A stretch of DNA of 64,000 nt from Octopus sinensis (GCF_006345805.1 NC_042999.1:44888001-44952000); one strand, 5' to 3'; numbered from the stretch's first letter, positions 37,532-51,505 are shown. A program made the numbers and translations. Notes: a model not told the origin generated them from the sequence alone.

Positions 37532-37964
37532 TATATATATATAATATATATATATATACATACATATTTAGATATATAAATATAGGTATACATCAAATAG
37601 ATAGATAAATAGATTGATAGTTAGATATATACATTGATGTATACACACACACAGACACAGACACACACTCACACACATGTACACCCACACACAATCATAT
37701 ACAAATTTGTATAATGTTATTTAAATTGCTTGACATTTAAAACTCAATGTACATCCTTATGCACTGAAAGAGAAAACAGTAAAAGAGAAGCTGTGTTTTA
37801 TAGTCCAAATTTCTTTTCACTGGTTTCTATTGTTACAAAGATGACAGAGTACATATAGGAAAAAAAAACAAAACTGGAGCATTAGTTCATAATTAAATAT
37901 TTTATGAATCAACCCTCCAGCTTCATTTTTTCTTTTTCTTTTGCATACGTAAATACATTTATAT

Positions 37965-38450
37965 TCATACATACATACATACATACATACATACATCATA
38001 CATACATACATACATACATGCATACATACATACATACATACATACATGCATACATACATACATACATACGTACATGCATACATACATACATACATACATA
38101 CATGCATACATACATACATACATACATACATGCATACATGCATACATACGCATGTACTTACATACTTACATACATACGTACATGCATACATACATACACG
38201 GTTTTATAAATATATATGTATACACACATATATATATATATGGTACCTGCACACAAACATACATACATGTATATATGTATACATACATACATACACACAT
38301 GCACATATACATACACAAGTATGTGTATATGTATACACACTCAAGAACACACACATATATACAGACACACAATCGTACAGACATACACACACACACACAC
38401 ACACAGACAGAGACACAGACACAGACACACCACACACACACACACACAGA
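37965..38450. repeat. (TACA)n/(CA)n microsatellite
   Basis: Directly visible. Confidence 0.95.
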
Positions 38451-38643
38451 GGCTGACAGAAGCAGCAAGCTGAGACCGAAGTCACTGCTAATTTTTTCCT
38501 TGTAAAAGTTTAATTAGCTTGTACTCTACTAAAAATATTTCTATATATTAGTGTACGCATCTTTCAGCTTAATTTGGTTTTATATATGACTTGACATAAA
38601 AACAAGCATTAATATATCTATCTATAGACTTGCATACAGAGAC

Positions 38644-39285
38644 GCAGGAGTGGCTGTGTGATAAGTAGCTTGCTAACCAATCACATGGTTCCGGGTTCAG
38701 TCCTACTGCATGGCACCTTGGGCAAGTGTCCTCCACTATAGCCTTGGAACGACCAAAGCCTTGTGAGTGGATTTGGTAGACAGAAACTGAAAGAAGCCTA
38801 AGGCGGTGAGCTGGCAGAAACGTTAGCATGCAGGGCGAAAAGCATAGTGGTATTTCGTCTGCCACTATGTTTTGAGTTCAAATTCTGCGGAGGTCGACTT
38901 TGTCTTTCATCCTTTTGGGGTCGATTAAATAAGTACCAGTTATGCACTGGGGTCAATATAATCGACTTGATCCATTTGTTTGTCCTTGTTTGTCCCCTCT
39001 GTGTGTAGCTCCTTGTGGGCAGCAAAGAAATAAGAAACTGAAAGAAGCCTGTCATATATATATATATATGTGTGTATATGTTTGTGTGCCTGAGTTTGTC
39101 CCCCCATCATCGCTTGACAACGGATGTTGGTGTGGTTACGTCCCTGTCACTTAGTGGTTTGGCAATAAGAGACCGATAGAACCAGTACTAGGCTTACAAA
39201 GAATAAGTCCTTGGGTTAATTTGTTCGACTAAAGATGGTGCTCCAGCATGGCCACAGTCAAATGACTGAAACAAAATAATAAAAG
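38644..39285 (+). mobile_element. SINE A containing a nested SINE B (38800-39032)
   Basis: 18 bp TSD agaaactgaaagaagcct at 38782-38799 and 39033-39050. Confidence 0.9.
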
Positions 39286-39572
39286 AATACATGCATATAT
39301 AGATATATACATACATATATATATATATATTCCGTGCCGGTGGCACCAACTGTTCTGGCTGTTGCCAGCTTCCCCTGACACCTGTGCCAGTGGCACATAA
39401 AAAGCACTCACTACACTCACGGAGTGGTTGGTGTTAGGAAGGACATCTAGCTGACACTGCCAGATCAGATTGGAGCCTGGTTCAGCCTCCTGGCTTCCCA
39501 GACCCCGGTTGAACCGTCCAACCCATGCTATCATGGAAAACGGATGTTAAATGACGATGATAATGATGATGA

Positions 39573-39619
<47 letters not shown>

Positions 39620-40069
39620 GACACACACACATATATATCTGCATACACACACATATAGATACACAGACACTCAAACACACACACACATGCACACACACGT
39701 ATAATAGTAGTGAACATTGAAAATGAGAAGTGAACACTACCTTAGTAGATTAAAGTTTTTTATATTATTAGACTTTGTGTCTAACCTTAAGTTTCGTGCA
39801 CTGGATCTTGCAATTTTCAAATGCCCCATTTCAAAAATGGTGGTTAAACCATTTCAACTTTGGATTTGGCTATGTGTGATTCTGAAAGACTTCAATTGTT
39901 ATTAAGTGGCATAACTTTGGAACAAAAAATCTTAATTTGAAAAGAGATAAGAGTATTCAGTCTTAAATGCCATATGAACTATCTTCCCATCCAAATCCAT
40001 GCTAGCATGGAGAAAATAAACTGAGAAAAATAATGGAAGGAGATGCATGTTAAAGAAGCAAATGAACAG

Positions 40070-40560
40070 ATATGGTAGGTGTTATGAAGTAGTTGATAGT
40101 TTTTGTTATCTAAGTAATCTAAAGTGTAGTGGAGGTTGTTCTGAATTCATAGCAGCCAGGGTAAGAAGCAAGTGGAAATGCTTCAGAGAAATAATACCTC
40201 TGCTGGCACCAAAAGCATTCTCTCTTCAAGTGAATGGTACATTGTATGATGCTTGAATGTATAGTGGGCGTTTGATGTAGAGCATGTATGAAGGCTGGAA
40301 ATAAATAAAGTGAACAGCCTCTGTTGGACGTGTAATATTATTGTGAATGGAATGATGGAAAACAAATGGGCCGAGACAAAGAATTAGATATAGTGTGTAA
40401 TAGAGAAGACTGTGCTGGTATAGACAATGATGAGAAATGGATAAATAATTGCCAAGTAGTCCAAATGGAAGGAGCTAGTGAAAAAGAAAGACATGAGAAG
40501 CGATGGAGGCTCATCAAGAAGAGTAAACCTCATTATGGAGATAATGAAGTGGCAAGACTC
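40070..40560 (+). mobile_element. RTE LINE 3' fragment (old)
   Basis: YEVVDSFCYLS..SGGCSEFIAARVRSKWKCFREIIPLL..SLQVNGTLYDA. Confidence 0.8.
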
Positions 40561-40744
40561 TATGTTGGAGGAGAGTTTTCCAACCCAAATAAGTATCAAA
40601 AAGTGGATGTAAATGAAGACAATGATGATACATATTTGTGCATGTGCACACAGGCAAATCCATCCATCCATCCATCCATCCATACACACATACATGCATG
40701 TATACATATATGCAGGCATGCATACATACATACATACTCTTGTA

Positions 40745-41158
40745 CTCTCTTTACTCTTTTACTTGTTTCAGTCATTTGACTGTGGCCATGCTGGAGCACC
40801 GCCATTAGTCGAGCAAACTGACCCCAGGGCATATTCTTTGTAAGCCTAGTACTTATTCTATCGGTCTCTTTTGCCAAACCACTAAGTTACGGGGACGTAA
40901 ACACACCATCATCGGTTGTCAAGCAATGTTGGGGGGGACAAACATAGATACACAAACATATACACACACACACATACATACATATATACACACACATATA
41001 TACGACAAACTTCTTTCAGTTTCCGTCTACCAAATCCACTCACAAGGCTTTGGTTGGCCCGGGGCTATAGAAGAAGACACTTGCCTAAGGTGCCATGCAG
41101 TGGGACTGAACCCGGAACTATGTGGCTGGTAAGCAAGCTACTTACCACACAGCCACTC
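40745..41158 (-). mobile_element. SINE family A
   Basis: Full-length homology. Confidence 0.9.
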
Positions 41159-41479
41159 ATCATCATAGGTGTATTAGGCTAAGTACTTAAAAAAAAATTT
41201 ACCTGAAAACCTAGAAATACTATGTTTCTCAAAGAATTAGCAAAAGAAACTGATGTGGATTCTCCACATCCAATCTATTAGTGTCACAGTGAAGATTTGT
41301 AAAACATTCCAAAGAATATCCGTCTGGGATCCTTTAGATAAATAGATGCACACACATCGGTGTGTGCACCGATAGCTCAACCAACTTACAAACTTAACCA
41401 CATATTTACAAATACTGGGAGCTCTCTTAACTCATTAAATTTTGTCCCTTTTGTTAGTGACTGGCTTGAGCTCTCTTAA

Positions 41480-41700
41480 CCCTTTTGTTACCAACCTGGC
41501 TGAAACCAGCTCTGGCTCTGAGTACAAATGTCTTGTTTTCGTAAGTTTTGAATTAAAATCTTCCACCAAATCTTAGTCACAATTTATGTTCTTAACACTA
41601 GCTGAATGATAACTAAGTTATTTTACTAAATTCTTTGCTATATTTAAAGTAATTGAAAGAAACACAGAGCATCTCAAAATAAAATACAGTAACGAAAGGG
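41480..41700. mobile_element. piggyBac-type MITE
   Basis: TTAA|cccttttgttacc ... gtaacgaaaggg|TTAA. Confidence 0.85.
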
Positions 41701-41751
41701 TTAAGAAGAACTGAAATAAAACATTTACATGGATAAATACATACATACATA

Positions 41752-42205
41752 CAAGGTGGCTGCCCCCTCGTTATCGAGTATGGCCATTGCACGAAGCTTA
41801 ATCAATGTTGTTATCGTGCAATGCCTGTGCAAGAAGATTTTTTTTAAAGTGAGGAAAGGCTGTGCACTGAGTCAATCCCACTCACTAAGCAACAGCAGCC
41901 ATAATCCGAAAAGAAGAACAAGTCAACATCATCGGTAACCACTGAGCCGCAGGTTTTATGTCGGAGTTATCCTAGTTACCTGAGTTACCTTCTCCTAGAA
42001 GGATGCCCTAACAAAGGCTAGGAGTCCTTCACCCCCAATGGTTTAACCGCGCGATCAGGTATTTAGTCCGATTATTTCTATGTCCCCGCGCATGATACAT
42101 CCTTAAGACATTTATTGGATGGCTGCTGACTCTCAAGAGTTCCTCCGCCCTTTGATGGGTTTTGTTTTTCATCCCGCAGGGTGTCCAATAAACACCCTCC
42201 TCACC
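41752..42205 (-). mobile_element. RTE-derived non-autonomous element embedded in (TACA)n
   Basis: Minus strand ctagcctttgttagggcatccttctaggagaaggtaactc (RTE 5'-like). High-identity inverted copy at 60885-61205. Confidence 0.65.
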
Positions 42206-42270
42206 AAGCATACATACATACACACACACATACACACGTATATACATACATACATACATACATACATACA

Positions 42271-42301
<31 letters not shown>

Positions 42302-43152
42302 CACGATATCTTGGACTACAAAAATCAGCAAGACCATTTTCAAGATTTAAAGGATGATGGACAAAACAAGATGCTTTCCTTCATAACCTTGCAACTAAGC
42401 AGGTACCTGGTCAAAATTTATTCCAAAATAAAAGGAGAAAAAGAATATACATACATGTGTGAGTGTGTGTGTTGAGCGTGTGTCTTTGCATGTGTGTGAG
42501 TGTGTGTGTGAGTGTGTGTGTGTGTGTGTGCATGTGTGTGCACTTGTGTATGTATCTGTATGTATAAGAATGCTAATGTTTTACGTGAAAAACCAGGCAA
42601 ATGCTGGAGACAAGGCCATCTAGTAGTAAGACGATAGCTTAAAGAAGCCTCCGTCCAACCCATACTAGCACAGCAAAATAGATGTTAAATTAACAAACAA
42701 TCAAGTAAACGAAACGAATGATGAACATCTGTGCCTCATTCTGTTTTTGTAATTAAACAGATTTGTTATCATCACGATTATTGAAAAGCATTGTACTAAG
42801 TTTTTTTTCCAGCTTAAAGAACTGTTTCAACTATAGTTATCATTCATCTCAGACTGGATATTATTCTTTCTTGAGATATCAATTCTCTTTTGTTAGCAAA
42901 ATCTTGACACATGTGTAAATCCCTTGGGCATTTTCTTTTATATGATTTTGTCTGAATTCGTTTTCTTGTTTCCTTCTTTGTTCTCCAGCTTAAACATGTT
43001 CTGATTTTCAAGTACTGTGTTGACAAATTAATATACACACTTCAGGCTAGAATCTTCTACTATATAGCCCAGAGTTGACCAATACTTTGTGAAGGAACTG
43101 ACCAACACTTTCTGAATTTGGTAGAAGGAAACTGTGCAAAAGCTCACCATGA

Positions 43153-43202
<50 letters not shown>

Positions 43203-43249
43203 ATCTGGGTTTTACAGCATAAAAACTGATATTGTTCACGTGTTTTTGT

Positions 43250-43575
43250 GAAGGCGCGTGGCTTAGTGGTTAGGGCATTCAGCTCATGATCGTAAGGTCG
43301 TGAGTTCGATTCTCAGCGATGTGTTGTGTCCTTGAGCAAGACACTTTATTTCACGTTGCTCCAGTCCACTCAGCTGGCAAAAATGAGTAGTAACTGTCTT
43401 TCAAAAAGGGCCAGCCTTGTCATGCTCTGTGTCACGCTGAATCTCCCTGAGAACTACATTAGTGGTACACGTGTCTGTGGATTGCTCAGTCACTTGCATG
43501 TTAATTTCACGAGCAGGCTGTTCCGTTGATCGTATCAGATGGGACCCTCGTCGTCGTAATCGACGGAGTGCTCCT
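43250..43575 (+). mobile_element. tRNA-derived SINE family D
   Basis: ggcgcgtggcttagtggttaggg..gagttcgattctc..gtgtccttgagcaagacacttt. Confidence 0.8.
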
Positions 43576-43954
43576 ATCACTTGTTTTACTTTATGTATCC
43601 CATAACTTTCTGATTCAATAAACAGAAATCAATGAAATAAATGCTAAATGGAAATAAGGAGTGGGAGCAATATTATCATTGACTAAAGCCCTGAAAGTGA
43701 TATCCAAGTTTGAAATGAGTAAAAAAGGTAAAAGAGAACAGAGAAAGAGAGAGAAAGAGTAGGTAAAAAAAAATAGTTTGTTATAAGATGTAAAAACAAG
43801 TATAAATCAGACAAGAAAGAAATGGCATCATTAAGATTATTATTATTGTTTTCCTTTTGGTAGTAAAACAACCACCGGGGTTTAAATACCCTAATACAAC
43901 TTAAAAAAGGGAGTTAAATGGGAGCAAATTGTTACAGCATCAGAACAAATGTCC

Positions 43955-44365
43955 TCTTTTACTCTTTTTTTATTTGTTTTAGTCATTTGACTGTGGCCAT
44001 GCTGGAGCACCGCCTTTAGTCAAGCAAATCGACCCCAGGACTTATTCTTTGGAAGCCCAGTACTTATTCTATCAGTCTCTTTTGCCAAACTGCTAAGTTA
44101 TGGGGACTTAAACACACCAGCATCAGTTGTCAAGGGATGCTGGGGGGGGGGGACAAACACAGACGCACAAACATATACACACACATACACATATACATAT
44201 ATACGACGGGCTGCTTTCAGTTTCTGTCAACCAAATCCACTCACAAGGCTTTGGTCAGCCCGAGACTATAGTATAAGACACTTGCCCAAGGTGCCATGCA
44301 GTGGGAATGAACCCGGAGCCATGTGGTTGGTAAGCAAGCTACTTACCACACAGCCACTTCTGTGC
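43955..44365 (-). mobile_element. SINE family A
   Basis: Full-length homology. Confidence 0.9.
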
Positions 44366-44635
44366 CTTTCATAATTTTCCTGGCTCATTACTTTATTTTT
44401 CTTTTGTAGTAAAACAACTAATGGTGGTTCAAAGAACCTAATATAACATTAAAAAAAAGGAATTTAATTAGGAGCTAATTGTTACAATGTCAGAACAAAT
44501 GTCCTTCATAATTTCTTTTCTGGCTCTTTACTATATGACTTTCAATACCATTGAGATCAATTTTGCTTCTGCTGATCCCTTCATACATAGTAACATTCAG
44601 TGGCTTATGTTTACCTCATTTCTTTTCAATCTTTA

Positions 44636-45115
44636 AGGTGGCGAGCTAGCAGAATCGTTAGCACGTCGAGTGAAATGCTTAGTGGTATTTCGTCTGCCGC
44701 TACGTTATGAGTTCAAATTCCGCTGAGGTCGACTATGCCTTTCATCCTTTTGGGGTCGATTAAATAAGTACCTATTTCTTTACTACACACAAGGGGCTAA
44801 ACACAGAGAGGACAAACAAGGACAGACAAATGGATTAAGTCGATTACATCAACCCCAGTGCGTAACTGGTACTTAATTCATTGACCCCGAAAGGATGAAA
44901 GGCAAAGTCGACCTGGCAGAATTTGAACTCAGAACGTAATGGCGGACGAAATATGGCTACACATTTCGCTGGGCGTGCTAACGTTTCTGCCAGCTCGCTG
45001 GGGTCAATTAAATAAGTACCAGTTACGCACTGGGTCGATGTAATCAACTTCATCCCTTCGTCTGTCCTTGTTTGTTCCCTCTATGTTTAGTCCCCCTATG
45101 GACAATAAAGAAATA
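44636..45115. mobile_element. Cluster of SINE B copies (+, -, +)
   Basis: A plus copy (44636-44772) is interrupted by a minus copy (44775-44998) and resumes at about 45000. Confidence 0.8.
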
Positions 45116-45184
45116 AACCTTTATACACTCTCTGCATTTAGTGCCAATCATGCACATCAAAGTATGTATACAAGCATAGTACAA

Positions 45185-45556
45185 CCTACCCATCACTCAG
45201 AGAGGGAATCCTCTTGATGTTAGCAGAGGTAATAGCTCCCAGAAATGGTATGTAAAAAGCACCATCCAACCATGGCCGTTGCCAGCGCGGCCCCGACTGG
45301 CCTCCATGCCGGTGGCATGTAAAAAGCACCATCCATCCGTGGCTGTTTGCCAGCCCCGTCTGGCGCCTGTGCCGGTGGCACGTAAAAAGCACCCACTACA
45401 CTAACAGAGTGGTTGGAGTTAGGAAGGGCATCCAGCCGTAGAAACTTTGCCAGATCAGACTGGGCCTGGTGCAGCCTTCTGGCTTCCCAGACCCTTGTTG
45501 AACCGTTCAACCCATGCTAGTATGGAAAGCGGACGCTAAATGATGATGATGATGAT
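45185..45556 (+). mobile_element. Repeat family C
   Basis: Tandem subunits, tail and (GAT)n. Confidence 0.8.
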
Positions 45557-45613
45557 TCTAATTCTGGCCATTATGTTACCAATACACCATTACCTATCGC
45601 TGATTAAGTCATC

Positions 45614-46139
45614 GGCCATCTTTCGTTTTGAGTAGACAACTGTCAACAATCTTGTTTGGCAGTTTCCGTGAGCATGTGTTGTTTTGTCAACTGTATGCTT
45701 GCTCTGTTTGATGCGTTGAAATGGAAGATGAAGCTAATGGGTTGTACGTCTGTCTGTGCATGCTTGTTCTTGTGTGAGTGTGTGTGCGTGTGCATGCTTG
45801 CTTGTTTTGTATGTGTATGTGTATGTGTCTGTGTGTGCATGTGTGTGCTTGTTCTTGTGTGTGTACGAGTACGTGCTTGTTCTTGTGTGTGTGTGTGTGT
45901 GTGCAAGTATGTGCTTTTCCTCGTGTGTGCGTGTGTGTGTGTGCGTGCTTGTTATGTATGTGTATGTGTGTGTGTCTGTGCATGTGTGTGCTTATTCTTG
46001 TGTGTGTGTGTGTGTACGAGTACGTGCTTGTTCTTGTGTGTGTGTGTGTGTGTGCTTGTTCTTGTATGTGTGTGTGCTTGTTCTTTTGTGTGTGTGTGTA
46101 TACATGCTTGTTCTTGTGTGTGTGCATGCTTGTTCTTGT

Positions 46140-46180
<41 letters not shown>

Positions 46181-46977
46181 ATGTGTGTTTCTTCTGTTTT
46201 CATGTATTTATGTGTGTGGAATGTAGATATAATAAAAACAATGTCGCATTTTAAACTTGGAGAAAAATGCCTTGCATATTTACTTTTACTTTTACTTGTT
46301 TCAGTCATTTGACTGTGGCCATGCTGGGGCACTGCCTTTAGTCGAGCAAATTGACCCTAGGACTTATTCTTTGGAAGCCTAGAACTTATTCTATTGGTCT
46401 CTTTTGCCAAACTGCAAAGTTACGGGGATGTAAACACACCACCATCAGTTGTCAAGCGATGTTGGGGGACAAACACAGACACACAAACACACACACACAC
46501 ACACGCACACACATACATATATACGACAGGTTTATTTCTGTTTCCGAGGCTATAGTAGAAGACACTTGCCCAAGGTGCTACACAGTGGGAATGAACCTGG
46601 AACCATGTGGTTTGTAAGCAAGCTACTTACCACACAGCCACTCCTGCACCATACCTGCTTCATATGTGTATGTAAAATCTGTAAACAAGCACACACAGAC
46701 ATGCACACACATACACACACACATACACACACACACACAAGAACAAGCACGCTCACACACACACACACACACACACACCACACACACACAAGAGCAAGCA
46801 TGCATGCACACATACACACACGCAAGAAAAAGAACACACAGACGTACAACCCATTAGTTTCCTCTTCCACTTTGTTACGTCAAACAGAACAAACATGCAG
46901 CTGACAAGACAATACATGTTCACGGAAACTGCCCAACAAGATTGTTGACAGTTGTCTACTCAAAACGAAAGATGGCC
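45614..46977. mobile_element. Non-autonomous DNA transposon with long TIRs (Merlin/Mutator-like), SINE A nested at 46282-46648
   Basis: ggccatctttcgttttgagtagacaactgtcaacaatcttg... at both ends, inverted. Flanks aagtcatc / aagtcgcc (8 bp, 2 mismatches). Confidence 0.8.
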
Positions 46978-47346
46978 AAGTCGCCTCAATAACAGAAGTA
47001 ATCAACTATTACAGAACCCTTTCAACATTGCAATGAGCTTACTTTACTGTATTGAGGGCTCAATACTGCTCTATTCCTACCATAAGCAAAGCCCCGATTC
47101 ATGGCCAACCTCTATTCACTCACTACCAGTCATCAGATATGACACCTTCTTGTATAACTTCATTGTCAATACTTGAATGGTGGATCTACAGGTTTCCTTG
47201 ACTTCATATACTTAATACTCATTTTAACCATATATTTATCTACCTCAGTTGCTGGTAACCTCAACAGGGTAAATTTTGGGAAGATCCTCTTCTACACTTT
47301 TTCGCATTCAACAATATCTCAGAGCACGTGTATGTATATATCTATG

Positions 47347-47742
47347 CTCTTTTTTACTCTTTTACTTGTTTCAGTCATTTGACTGCGGCCATGCTGGAGC
47401 ACCGCCTTTAATCGAGCAACTCGACCCCGGGACTTATTCTTTGTAAGCCCAGTACTTATTCTATCGGTCCCTTTTGCCGAACCACTAAGTGACGGGGACA
47501 AAAACACACCAGCATCGGTTATCAAGCAATGCTAGGGGGACAAACACAAACATACACGCACACACACATATACATATATAAGACGGGCTTCTTTCAGTTT
47601 CCGTCTACCAAATCCACTCACAAGGCTTTGGTCGGCCTGAGGCTATAGTAGAAGACACTTGCCTAAGGTGCCACGCAGTGGGACTGAACCTGGTACCATG
47701 TGGCTGGTAAACAAGCTACTTACCACACAGCCACTCCTGCAC
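47347..47742 (-). mobile_element. SINE family A, young copy
   Basis: CpG-rich, full length. Confidence 0.9.
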
Positions 47743-47743
47743 C

Positions 47744-47774
<31 letters not shown>

Positions 47775-48064
47775 TGTATGTATGTATGTATGTATGTATG
47801 CTTACATGTATGCAAATACATACACAGACACATGTACACACACACACATACGCACACACACACACATCCGTGTGTATCTGTGAGTGTGCATGTATAAATG
47901 TATGTGGGAGTATCTATCCATCCATCCATCTATCCATCTATGTATGTATGTATCTAGCTATCCATCCCCCCCTCCATCCATCCATCCATCCATCTATCTA
48001 TCTATCTGTCTGTCTGTCTGTCTGTCTACCTGCCTGTCTGTCTGTGTGTCTGTGTGTGTGTCTG

Positions 48065-48103
<39 letters not shown>

Positions 48104-48402
48104 GTCTATCTATCTTTCTATCTATCTATTTGTATTATCAACATTATTTTAGAGCAAGTTTAAGAATAATGATTGTATATTTAACGACAGCGTGACTGAG
48201 TGCACATATTATAATTGTAAAAATTGGTTGTAAAAAGAATCAAGTTGACTGAGGCTTCAAGTTTTGTCTATTGCTTTGATCAACTGGTTGAACAAGCCAA
48301 TAGGTGTAAGTCTATCAGCTTGGGCTTCACAAACAGTATATATTTAATCTTTTATGTGTTGCAGCCCAGAGACACACACATATATATATATATGTATGCA
48401 TA

Positions 48403-48455
<53 letters not shown>

Positions 48456-49058
48456 AAGTTAATCCAAACATGAAAACACAAAAAGAAAACAGAACAACGA
48501 GAGGACGTGGAACAAATATAGTATTATTGGATGTGTGTGCGTGTGTGTGGGTGTGTGTGCATGTGTGTGGGTGTGTGTGCGTGTGTGTGGGTGTGTGTGC
48601 GTGTGTGTGTGTGTATCATCATCATCATTATCAGCTCTTTTGACATCCCTTTTCCATGCTATCATGGGGGTTGGGCAGTTTGACAGGAGCTGGCAAGCCA
48701 GAAGACGGCACCACCGGGCTTCAATCATCTAGTCATGATTTTTATGACCAGATGCCCTTCCTAACACCACCCACATTATAGAGTGGACTGAGTGCATTTT
48801 ATGTGGCACCAGCATACATATATGTGTATGTGTGCGTGCGTGTGCATGTGTGTTTGTGTGTGTGTCTGTGTGTGTGTATTATTTGCAAACAACTTACAGA
48901 TAAAAGTACCCCCAGTTGAAAACTCTGCATACTGGACCCAGGTTAACACCAGAGAATGTGTGCCATTTTGGTGCCTTCCTTTCGATGGCTACCTTCCTCA
49001 CTGAAATGAGTTCTCCATCTACTAGATCAACAACTTAAATAATAATAATAATAATAAT

Positions 49059-49605
49059 ATGCAGTACCAGGCAGTGGCTCTCATGGCTTCTGATCTTAAC
49101 TGATTGGAAGTGTTATCATGTACATTGTTTTGTCTTGGTATAAAAGATGGGCTACAGCAAATATTCTGCTCAATACCACAGATTTGCTTGTCAGTTGTTT
49201 GACCTTAACCAGTTGAGCATGTCCCTTAGTGGCTGACGATATGTGCATCTCTGATCATAAGCAGAAGTAGTGGGGGAGCATCATAGCCATGTGTTGATAA
49301 GAATACTTTGGGGTTTGAATAATTCACCTCTGGAAACATGGGTGGTTCTTTCAACACCCTTAAACAACCCTTATTCAGGGACCTTTTGAGCGGAATGGGC
49401 TACTCGACCTGAAGAAAATTCTAACTGGGCCCCACCTGCAAGGTATGTGCTGTTTATCTTGATATGAGATCACCATGTCGCGCACATATGGTTGTGATGC
49501 ATGTGCCTGGTGTACCTTTATCAGACAGGTAGTCATGATGGGTATATTGGGCTTCGTATATTTTACCCCAGTGTCACTTTGATGGCATGCACTGCTCTCT
49601 CACTC

Positions 49606-49607
<2 letters not shown>
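49059..49607. repeat. Unclassified ~550 bp interspersed repeat between (AAT)n tracts
   Basis: (AAT)n on both sides; partial inverted copy at 5470-5598. Confidence 0.7.
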
Positions 49608-49641
<34 letters not shown>

Positions 49642-49644
<3 letters not shown>

Positions 49645-49753
49645 TGTATACAGTGCTCAGGTGCACCACAACTTGTCAAAAGTGTGTATAAAGCATATGC
49701 AGTAATGTACAAATGTCTGGGAAGTGAACAGTGTATGAGTCAGATACATGCTT
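49642..49753 (-). mobile_element. CR1-like LINE 3' UTR tip
   Basis: Reverse complement of 53527-53638. Confidence 0.75.
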
Positions 49754-49774
49754 CCGTGTGTATGGAGGAGAGAA

Positions 49775-50180
49775 AACCAGGTGTAATGTTGGCAAATCTC
49801 AGTGTAAGCTATGGACACATAAGAGGTGCAGTAATATCAAAGGGAGGCTAACGGGGAAGATAGTTTTTGTATGTGGCAGATGCTCGGGAGCAATAAACAC
49901 TGAAAATGTGCAGAGACCAACTTCCACCACATTCCAGGGAGAAAAACTAGAAGTAGTTGATAGCTTCCGTTACCTAGGGGACCAAGTCAGTAGTGGAGGT
50001 GGGTGTGCTGAAAGTGTAGCTGCTAGAATAAGAATAGCTTGGGCAAAGTTCAGAGAGCTCTTACCTCTGCTGGTGACAAAGCGCCTCTTGCTCAGAGTAA
50101 AAGGTAGACTGTATGACGCTTGGGTATGAACAGCCATGCTACATGGCAGTGAAACATGGGCTGTGACTGCTGAGGACATA
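49775..50180 (+). mobile_element. RTE LINE ORF fragment with a Cys/His insert
   Basis: QCKLWTHKRCSNIKGRL..FVCGRC..LEVVDSFRYLGDQVSSGGGCAESVAARIRIAWAKFRELLPLL..KGRLYDA..AMLHGSETW. Confidence 0.88.
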
Positions 50181-50199
50181 ATCTCATGGCCTATGCCAG

Positions 50200-50866
50200 G
50201 GGCGTAATCAGCCCACTTATGCATACCTTTTCCTTCTTTGGACACTAAAAATCTGCTTGCGAAGACCTGTTGGGGCAAGTGAAATCAATCAATCAAAAGC
50301 AAAATCAAAATCAAGTTCAATGACTGGCGTCCGTGCTAGCAGGGTGCAAAGAGCACCATACGAGCGTGATCATTGACAGAGCAGCTAACCAGCTTCCATG
50401 CCAGTGGCACTTAAAGAGCACCATTATAGCGTGATCATTACCAGCGTCGCCTTACTGGCACTTGTGCCCGTGCTAGTAGGGTGCCAAGAGCACCATCCGA
50501 GCGTGATTGTTGCCAGAGAAGCCAACTGGCTTCCGTGCCAGTGGCACGTAAAAGGGTACCATTCGAGCGTGATCGTTACCAAAGTCACCTTACTGGCACC
50601 TGTGCTGGTGGCATGTGTAAAAGGACTCAAGCGAGGTCATTACCAGTACCACCTGACTGGCCCCCGAGCTGGTGGCACGTAAAGAGCATCCACTACACTC
50701 TCGGAGTGGTTGGCATTAGGAAGGGCATCCAGCTGTAGAAACTCTGCCAAATCAAGATTGGAGCCTGGTGAAGCCATCTGGTTTGCTAGCCCTCAGTCAA
50801 AATCGTCCAACCCATGCTAGTATGGAAAGCGGACGTTAATCGATGATGATGACGATGATGATGATG
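50200..50866 (+). mobile_element. Repeat family C, long variant with tandem subunits
   Basis: gagcacca..gagcgtgatc.ttg/a repeats, family C tail and (GAT)n. Confidence 0.75.
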
Positions 50867-50867
50867 C

Positions 50868-50900
<33 letters not shown>

Positions 50901-51256
50901 ATGTATATAAAGCCTAGCTATATCAAATTGAGATTATTTTAGTCTTTTAAAAGTACAGATTTCAACTTTAGCTTAATTTTTTTTAAATCACTAACATCCA
51001 TGAAATCGTTATACCATATTTAGTTTAAAGGAAAAACTTAAAATCAATAACCATGGAAATATCAAAATTTTAGATATTCAGTAAATCTCAGCATTACTTT
51101 TGAATAATTCAAATGTAGTAAAAAATAAATAAATAATAACTAACCAGAATTTTCCTAAGTATTATATATATATATATACATGTATATATATGTGTGTGTG
51201 TGTGTATATATATACACACATATATATGTGCGTGTGTATATGTATGTGCATGAATA

Positions 51257-51300
<44 letters not shown>

Positions 51301-51355
51301 AATATATATATATATATATTATATATATATTATATTATATATATATATATTATAT

Positions 51356-51386
<31 letters not shown>

Positions 51387-51462
51387 CTCTATATCTCTCT
51401 ATATATATATCTATATATATATATATATTATATATATACACATATATATATGTATATATATA

Positions 51463-51505
<43 letters not shown>

